A stretch of 64,000 nt of DNA from positions 61,182 through 125,181 of the forward strand of contig JBDRQD010000030.1 in assembly GCA_043826455.1 (NCBI GenBank). Reading direction: 5' to 3'. This DNA comes from Candidatus Bathyarchaeota archaeon. GTDB lineage: Archaea; Thermoproteota; Bathyarchaeia; TCS64. A program made the translations under genes and the position numbers. The notes beneath the pieces were generated by a model. That model was not told the origin of the DNA. It ran no database searches and saw only the letters and a program-made list of their open reading frames with translations. Below, piece after piece: positions 57,609 to 64,000 of this stretch (positions are counted from its first letter, which is position 1; each line of letters begins with the position of its first letter).

Positions 57609-58970
57609 ATGATTTTCGAGAAAATCAAGTCCCAAGTCGTCTCACACCTCTCATACCTCATAGGCTCAGAGGCTGAGGCCGTGGTAGTGGACCCCCAGCG
57701 AGACTGCAGAGTCTACGTGGACATCGCCCAGCGGGAGGGGCTCCTGATCAAGCACATCTTCGAGACACACCGCAACGAGGACTATGTAATAGGGTCGCTG
57801 GAGCTGTCCGCCCTTACTGGCGCCAGCGTCCACCACGGGCCATGGCCCGAGTACAGGTACGGCGAGGTACTCAGGGACGGCCAGACTTTCCAGGTAGGCA
57901 AACTCGAGGTGAAGGCCATCCACACCCCCGGACACACCCCCGGGTGTATGAGCTACTCTGTAGCCGACAAGGCCACAGGGGGAGAAACCGTGCTGGTCTG
58001 TACCGGGGACACCCTATTCGTGAACGAGGTGGGCCGAACCGATTTCGGGGGCACCAATAAACGCAGGGAGTGGTCGGAGAACCTATACAACAGCATCCAC
58101 AGGAAGCTGCTGCCCCTGGGAGACCACGTTGTCATCTGCCCCGCTCACGGCTCAGGAAGCGTGTGCGGCTCGGGGATAGCGGCCCGGGAGATCAGCACCA
58201 TCGGCGCAGAGCGCCGGATGAACCCCTACCTCAAGATGAGCAAGGAGGAGTTCGTCTCCCACAAGATCAACGAGCACCACCACTACGCCCCATACTTCAC
58301 AATGATGGAGAAGCTCAACGTAGAGGGGGCTCCACCAGTAGGCTCCGGCCCCAACCCCCCTCCCCTGACACCCAAGAAGCTACAGGAGATGGTGGAGGCC
58401 GGGGCGGTGGTTGCAGACACTAGGCCGCCCCCCGCCTATGGAGCAGGCCACATAGCGGGCTCCTACAGCCTCCCCCTGGCCCGGCTAGGAATCGGGGGCT
58501 TCGTGCTACCCTATGACAAGCCTATACTGCTCGTGCTGGGTAATCAAAGCCAACTCGACTACACGGCTAGGAGCCTCATGAGGATGGGCTACGACAACCT
58601 AGGAGGCTACCTGGGCGGCACAATAGTAACTTGGTACAAGGAGGCGTTGCCAGTCACGACTCTCAGCCTCATGACTGTCACGGACCTGAAGGAGAGGATG
58701 AGCCAGGAAGAGTGGTTCATCCTGGACGTGAGGAGCGAGGACGAGCACAGCCAGGGCCACATAGAGGGAAGTCTCAACCTCTATGCTGGGACACTGGATG
58801 ACAACCACAGGAAAATACCCAGAGACAAGCCCGTGGCCGTCACATGCAAGACCGGGACCAGGTCAAGCTTCGCCTGCAGCATACTGCTGAGACGCGGCTT
58901 CAAGAACCTGCACAACGTCCTGGGAGGCATGGACGCCTGGAAGAGTAAGGGCTACCCGACAACCAAGTGA
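57609..58970 (+). CDS. MBL-fold hydrolase with two rhodanese domains (persulfide dioxygenase/Blh-like)
   Basis: VVDPQRD, ETHRNED, HTPGHT, TGDTLF..EVGRTD, PAHG.GS.CG; GHI.G and CKTGTRS. Confidence 0.9.
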   Translation: MIFEKIKSQVVSHLSYLIGSEAEAVVVDPQRDCRVYVDIAQREGLLIKHIFETHRNEDYVIGSLELSALTGASVHHGPWPEYRYGEVLRDGQTFQVGKLEVKAIHTPGHTPGCMSYSVADKATGGETVLVCTGDTLFVNEVGRTDFGGTNKRREWSENLYNSIHRKLLPLGDHVVICPAHGSGSVCGSGIAAREISTIGAERRMNPYLKMSKEEFVSHKINEHHHYAPYFTMMEKLNVEGAPPVGSGPNPPPLTPKKLQEMVEAGAVVADTRPPPAYGAGHIAGSYSLPLARLGIGGFVLPYDKPILLVLGNQSQLDYTARSLMRMGYDNLGGYLGGTIVTWYKEALPVTTLSLMTVTDLKERMSQEEWFILDVRSEDEHSQGHIEGSLNLYAGTLDDNHRKIPRDKPVAVTCKTGTRSSFACSILLRRGFKNLHNVLGGMDAWKSKGYPTTK

Positions 58971-59038
58971 CAACAATAATGAGGGCGAAGGTCAGGTAGT
59001 AAACAAGGTTTTTACATCGCTGTTCAGTAACCCACATA

Positions 59039-59500
59039 ATGGGTCCTCTAGGCGTTACCGGATACTTGCTGGGCGGACTGATAATCGGCCTAGCCGTATC
59101 CATGGTTTACATCCTGACTGGCTTACACGCCACCCAGAGCAGCTTCTTCAGCACGACCCTGAGCTACTTCAGTAAGCTCCCCTACTTCCGGAGAAAAAGT
59201 CTCCTCGAGTCCAGAGATTGGAGGCTGTACTTCGCGGCCGGCGTCATCCTCGGCGCCCTAATATATACTGTTACCATTTCACCTGACGGTTTCTGGGTGT
59301 CCTCTATCCCATGGTGGCGCCTTCTGTTAGGAGGACTGCTTGTCGGCTTTGGCACGAGGCTTTCCAGCGGGTGTACTTCTGGCCACGGCATCAGTGGCTT
59401 GGCGTCTCTGTCAACTACGTCCTTGATAGCGGTAGTCACCTTCATAGTCGTCGGCGTCATCACAGCTAATATCATGATGCTGCTGGGGGTGACGCCATGA
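59039..59500 (+). CDS. YeeE/YedE-family sulfur transporter subunit
   Basis: GGLIIG, GGLLVGFGTRL.SGCTSGHGI.G. Confidence 0.9.
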   Translation: MGPLGVTGYLLGGLIIGLAVSMVYILTGLHATQSSFFSTTLSYFSKLPYFRRKSLLESRDWRLYFAAGVILGALIYTVTISPDGFWVSSIPWWRLLLGGLLVGFGTRLSSGCTSGHGISGLASLSTTSLIAVVTFIVVGVITANIMMLLGVTP

Positions 59501-59904
59501 ACCGCCGAAACATGGTCCTTTTCATTGGAGGCCTCGTGTTCGGCTTCGGTCTAGCCGTAGGTGGGATGGCTAAACCGGAGGTCGTGCTAAGCTTCCTGCA
59601 GTTGAAGGACATGGGGCTGCTACTGCTGATGGGGTCGGCCGCGGGCACCGCCTTCATAGCCATTAACATTGTGCCCAGGTTTCTGGAGAAGCCCTTACTG
59701 GGGGGCGAGTTCAAGCCAAGGACGCGTGAGCTGACCAGGAACACATTGATTGGGGCCGCGATATTCGGGATCGGGTGGGGCCTGTCGGGGCAGTGCCCAG
59801 GCTCCGCGTTGTCCAGCTTAGGTCTTGGTAATATTCCCATCATCATCGGCATAGCGGCTATGTTCGCTGGGGCTTACGTGATGGGTCGGTTCTTCGGCTC
59901 CTAA
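59497..59904 (+). CDS. YeeE/YedE-family sulfur transporter subunit
   Basis: GLVFGFGL...GM..P..V..FL, G..IFGIGWGL.G.CPG. Confidence 0.9.
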   Translation: MNRRNMVLFIGGLVFGFGLAVGGMAKPEVVLSFLQLKDMGLLLLMGSAAGTAFIAINIVPRFLEKPLLGGEFKPRTRELTRNTLIGAAIFGIGWGLSGQCPGSALSSLGLGNIPIIIGIAAMFAGAYVMGRFFGS

Positions 59905-59973
59905 GCCATCTTCAGTCTCCTTGCGAGATTAAACCCCGAGCGTGATCTCAGGTATTACTATATATGATTCGGG

Positions 59974-60342
59974 TTATCTGTCATGGTCATCGGTCTCTCG
60001 GTACTCGGGGCTTCATTTTAGAAGGTTTTTTCCTCCTAAAATCGATACCCCCTACCCTTTTTCACATCAGGCTCTCCATCACGCCGTGCTTTATGTGTTG
60101 AACGTACCGTGTTTTTGTATGGAATGGACAGCGTTTTTGCGTAGATTCATGCGGCGTCGGACCGGTTCCGCGGCTCCTTTTGGCGTGGGGCACCTGTTTC
60201 CGGTTTTTCTTGCTCTACCCCCTCCCCCCTCTCTCGGGAGCTTCTGCGCTGTTGCGGTGGGCGTAGCGTTTTCCGGGGGTGGCTTATACCCTCTAGGAGG
60301 GTATAACAAGGAAGAAAATCCATCTCCTGCTTCATGCTTTTC
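59974..60342 (-). repeat. Dispersed non-coding element, copy B
   Basis: Reverse complement reads GAAAAGCAT..AGATGGATTTT, TTATACCCTC/GAGGGTATAA hairpin, GTGAAAAAGGGTAGGGGGTA, 11-6-11 repeat at 60015-60042. Confidence 0.8.
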
Positions 60343-60443
60343 ATAGGTGAGGTTCCTTAAATCCATCGACTCAGGAGCAGGAAAACACAGCTTGAAACCT
60401 CTACATTTCTTCAAACGCCTTTGAACCACGCACACCAATCAAG

Positions 60444-60809
60444 TCAGGACGGTTTCAGTAGGTGGCTAGAGATGGTGCGTGAGACTGCGATGATCGGCAC
60501 CCCTAATGTGGACTCCAGCTCTCCCTTAAGAGCCTCCACAAGTAGATCTATTCCCGGCACCCCGGTCCTAGCCATGTCCTCAGGAGAGGTGGTTATCAGA
60601 ACAAGTTCCGGCTTCTCCAGTCGGATTACCTCCGCAAGTTCACCCAGTTTAAGCTCGCTGTGGTAATCAACCGAATCTATTACACCATCTTCCACCGCCG
60701 GGGGGCTGTTTCTGGGGTCAACAGTGACTATCTTTATCCTAGGGTTCTTCCTCAGCTGAAGCAGAACCTTTGCCCCAACTCTCCCTGCTCCAACTACAAG
60801 GATACGCAT
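60444..60809 (-). CDS. Single Rossmann (TrkA-N-like) NAD-binding domain protein
   Basis: RILVVGAGRVG; directly downstream of the DASS transporter. Confidence 0.7.
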   Translation of the reverse strand: MRILVVGAGRVGAKVLLQLRKNPRIKIVTVDPRNSPPAVEDGVIDSVDYHSELKLGELAEVIRLEKPELVLITTSPEDMARTGVPGIDLLVEALKGELESTLGVPIIAVSRTISSHLLKPS

Positions 60810-60866
60810 ACATGAGCCTCCAAGATTATACACGCAAACCACAATTTAACTTGAACCGGAAGCACT

Positions 60867-62270
60867 TTAGACCAGGTTCAACAGGGCTAACAGGTAGAAC
60901 AGAGCTACCAGTAGAAGCGAACTTACGAAGGTTATAATCATCCCATACTTGAACATGTCCCCAGGTTCAACTATCCCGGTGGCTGAGATGAGCGCCATCC
61001 TTCCCGACGCTGAAGGCAGGGCGTAGCCGAAGGTCGTGGCCAAGGTCAAAGGTAGCACAAGCTGCACCGAATTGAACGCCGGGTTAGCCCTCGCTATCTC
61101 GATCATGATGGGGGCGAAGACGGCGACAACGGTGGCGTTATTTACCACATTAGTCAACAGGGCTGAGGCAAACACAACGAACACTAGGCTTACAAGAAAA
61201 TTGGGGCCGCTGATAATGGGTGAAACCAGGTTGGTCAACCACACCGTCGCCCCCGACCGGTTGAGAGCCTCACCGAGGGCTAAACCCGCCGATATGGCGA
61301 AAAACATCCCCCAGCTAACCCCCTTCACGTCCTCCCACTCTATGATGTTCCTAAGAGACATGTAGGCCACGGCGACGATGCCCACGACGGCGGGAGACAT
61401 GAAAGTAACCGGGAGCCCCAGCACAGCCTCGATCGAGGCCCCGCCTATCCATAGGCTGATCGTCAACGCCATTACTATCAATATCTCCCACTCGACGCGC
61501 CTCAGCTTCCCTAAACCATCAAGTTCTTTTCGGACCACATCTAGTTCCAGGTTCTTCACCTTTACAGGGTTTATCTTTAATAAAACCCAGTAAGTAGCGG
61601 GAAACACCACAAGTAAAGAGGGTACACCGTACTTCATCCAGTCCAGAAAGGTCCAGACCCTGATACCTGACAGGAACTCGGAGGCCACCGCGTTCGAGGC
61701 TGATCCCGTTAAAGTCGCCATGCCGCCGATGCTGGCGGCGTAAGCTATCCCGAGAACCAGCAGCACGAGTAATCTTCGGGCGCTCTCCTTGTCTGTGACC
61801 TGATTAGATATCGTGATAGCTACCGGGATGAGCACAGCGGCCGTCGCGGTGTTCTCCATCCACATCGACATTACGGCTGCGATACCCATGAGCCCTAATA
61901 GAAGCATGTTAACATTTCCCAGAGACGCAACTATGACCGACAGGGCTAGTCTACGGGTGATGCCGTTTTTACGAAGAGCCTCCGCGATGAACAAGCTCCC
62001 AAGGATAAGTATGATTATCGGTCTGGCGAGGGGCTCGAAAGCCTGCTTAGAGTCCGCTAAGCCCAATGCCACGAGCACCACCGGCACCATCAGGCCTGCA
62101 AAAGGGAGGGGCACCGGCTGGAGCGCGAAAATAGTCCCAGTGAAGGCGAAGGCGGTTAAAGCACGTTTTCCCGCCTCTGATAGCCCAGCTGGCGTCGGTA
62201 GAGCCAGTATAAGTAGGGTTACAGCGACGACCACGACAAATCTGTAGGAGAACCCCAGGATCTTTCTCAT
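60867..62270 (-). CDS. DASS/SLC13 anion:Na+ symporter
   Basis: SMWMENTATAA.LIP, AYAASIGG.ATLTGS..N, TN...N.A, W..V..V.W. Confidence 0.92.
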   Translation of the reverse strand: MRKILGFSYRFVVVVAVTLLILALPTPAGLSEAGKRALTAFAFTGTIFALQPVPLPFAGLMVPVVLVALGLADSKQAFEPLARPIIILILGSLFIAEALRKNGITRRLALSVIVASLGNVNMLLLGLMGIAAVMSMWMENTATAAVLIPVAITISNQVTDKESARRLLVLLVLGIAYAASIGGMATLTGSASNAVASEFLSGIRVWTFLDWMKYGVPSLLVVFPATYWVLLKINPVKVKNLELDVVRKELDGLGKLRRVEWEILIVMALTISLWIGGASIEAVLGLPVTFMSPAVVGIVAVAYMSLRNIIEWEDVKGVSWGMFFAISAGLALGEALNRSGATVWLTNLVSPIISGPNFLVSLVFVVFASALLTNVVNNATVVAVFAPIMIEIARANPAFNSVQLVLPLTLATTFGYALPSASGRMALISATGIVEPGDMFKYGMIITFVSSLLLVALFYLLALLNLV

Positions 62271-62418
62271 GAAACCCTAGTTCACCAGAGTATCGGAACC
62301 TAAAAAGATGTCTTGTGATTCCGGGTATTACCTCAGACTCCGCTGAGTTGACTTTATACTAATCATGGGTGCCTATTTGTTCGATTCTTTTATCAGAACC
62401 CGATGCGTCAGAGTACTC

Positions 62419-63357
62419 ATGAAGCGGTTCAACGTCGAGGGCAGCTGGCCTGCGCTAGTCACACCATTTGATGCCGCCGACGAAGTCAACTACGATGTCC
62501 TAAGGCAACTCGTGAGCTTCCACGCCGAGAACAACAGCGGCGGCGTCCTCCTCATGGGCTCCACGGGGGAAGCCATCCTCCTCACCAGGGACGAGCGCCA
62601 GAAGATCATTGACACGGTCATCGACGAGGCCAGCGGCAAGCTGCCAGTGATGGTAGGTGTTGCGGCGGTGAGCACCCGCGAGACCCTGGAGAACGCTAGG
62701 TACGCCAAGGAGGCGGGGGCGGACTGCGGCCTCATCGTCCAGCCTCCTTACATCAAGCCCACCCAGGCAGCCCTCTACCAGTACTTCAAGGACGTAGCCG
62801 ACGCCGTGGACCTACCACTTGTGATATACAACAACCCGGAGAGGTGCGGGGTCAACGTTGAGCCCGAGACCGTGGCGAGACTGGCCCAGCACCCCAACAT
62901 CGTGGCCGTCAAGGAGGCCGGACCCAACCCCTACGGTGTGATGAGGGTCATCGAGCTCACCCGGAGCGAGTTCAACGTCCTCTGCTGCGACTGCGCCTAC
63001 TACGCTCTCATACCCGTGGTCATGTCCTCAGGCGGCAAGGGCACCAGCAACGTCACAGGCTCGCTGTGCCCAAGGGAGTTCGCGGAGATGAGCAAGCCCT
63101 GGGGCAACTATAATGACGTGCTAACCACCCGGGAGCAACTGTACAGGCTGCTGCCCCTCATCAGGATGATGTACAGCGAGTCCAACCCTGTGCCGTTGAA
63201 GGCAGCCTTGAACATGGTTGGAGCCGACGTAGGTAAGCCCCGGAGGCCCCTGCTCGAGCTAGGCGACGGCAACATGAAGACCTTGAGGCAGACCATGGAG
63301 CGCCTAGGCATCTTGGATGATGAAAGCTACCAGCGCCGATTCTTCTCCAACAATTAG
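62419..63357 (+). CDS. Dihydrodipicolinate synthase-family lyase
   Basis: ALVTPF, GSTGE, PPY.KP, IYNNP, VAVKEA, NPVP.KAAL. Confidence 0.9.
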   Translation: MKRFNVEGSWPALVTPFDAADEVNYDVLRQLVSFHAENNSGGVLLMGSTGEAILLTRDERQKIIDTVIDEASGKLPVMVGVAAVSTRETLENARYAKEAGADCGLIVQPPYIKPTQAALYQYFKDVADAVDLPLVIYNNPERCGVNVEPETVARLAQHPNIVAVKEAGPNPYGVMRVIELTRSEFNVLCCDCAYYALIPVVMSSGGKGTSNVTGSLCPREFAEMSKPWGNYNDVLTTREQLYRLLPLIRMMYSESNPVPLKAALNMVGADVGKPRRPLLELGDGNMKTLRQTMERLGILDDESYQRRFFSNN

Positions 63358-63426
63358 CCCCCATAAATGCAGCGCTACATCTAGGCGATGGATTTCTAAA
63401 AAGAAGGGGAAGGAGAAAAAAGGAGC

Positions 63427-63999
63427 TTAGTCTATCACCATTACGGTGGTATAGACGGCAGGTATCTGACGCTCTATGGCAAGGACCGCGCCCGTGGAGG
63501 GCCTCAGCTCGATCCTGAACTCCTCGTAGGGCCTAGTGTACACGTCGGCACCAATCGGATCCATGTCGTCACTGTTCAGAGCCGTGAAGTCTACGGTCAC
63601 TTTGAACTTTTCACCAGTCTCAATCAGCCTGTCGCCGTCGCTGTTGACCCCCGTGATGGTCATGATGGTGCCGTTGCTGGCGTAGATCTCGCCGTGGCAC
63701 CTCTGGTTAGTGTAGGTAGCCACCAGCTTGTCGTCGCTGAGGTCCACTGGCTCGTGTCCCTGGCTCAGCTTGATGTAGAATGTCAGTTTCTGTAGATACA
63801 CGTTCTGCTGGCTGCCGGTGACGTTACCGAACTGTCCGATGAGCCCGCTGTCCATCAGTATAGATGAGCTGGCCTCAGTCATGCCTGCGCTGATCACCGA
63901 CTGCGCTTTCTCCGCTGTCAGGAAACCCATGTTCAGCACGACGAAGGCGAAGGCAGCCGCCGTAATGACGAAAGCCACAAGGATAATGGCTGTCTCCAG
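63427..63999 (-). CDS. flaB: Archaellin (archaeal flagellin), 5'-truncated by window edge
   Basis: LETAIILVAFVITAAAFAFVVLNMGF class III N-terminal helix; DGD.LIE.GEK and F.IE.RP..GA.L.I.R.IP. Confidence 0.9.
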   Translation of the reverse strand: METAIILVAFVITAAAFAFVVLNMGFLTAEKAQSVISAGMTEASSSILMDSGLIGQFGNVTGSQQNVYLQKLTFYIKLSQGHEPVDLSDDKLVATYTNQRCHGEIYASNGTIMTITGVNSDGDRLIETGEKFKVTVDFTALNSDDMDPIGADVYTRPYEEFRIELRPSTGAVLAIERQIPAVYTTVMVID

Positions 64000-64000
64000 C

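Noticed and set aside
62419..63357. Assigning dapA
   Set aside because: The family is clear, but no lysine-pathway neighbours are present and other DHDPS-family lyases cannot be excluded.

Overview
Archaeal chromosomal DNA. It carries an archaellin, stand-alone Lrp/AsnC and winged-helix proteins, GGTGA-type RBSs and oligo-T terminators; a Bathyarchaeia-like origin is my inference from gene content. 0-17 kb is an accessory, partly decayed zone with three toxin-antitoxin pairs (MNT-HEPN, UPF0175-PIN, RHH-RelE), pseudogenes, GAF/REC signalling genes and sugar-nucleotide epimerases. 17-27 kb is a catabolic cluster built around an unassigned glycyl-radical enzyme and its activase. 28-46 kb is a surface/glycosylation locus with two unusual GT-C-like membrane + beta-propeller fusions. 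46-64 kb holds amidohydrolases, transporters, a sulfur-handling module, a DHDPS-family lyase and an archaellin. The most unusual signals are non-coding: (1) a ~300-bp element present twice in opposite orientation 44 kb apart, each copy with a hairpin, a G-string and an 11-6-11 inverted repeat; (2) the palindrome TATTGGTACCAATA four times in intergenic DNA; (3) a ~32-unit array with ~11-bp period faced by a mirror-image array; (4) a diverged duplicate of an epimerase 3' end bracketing a TA-bearing insertion. I recognised no rRNA, tRNA, CRISPR array, transposase or integrase. All family calls come from motifs read by eye, not database searches.
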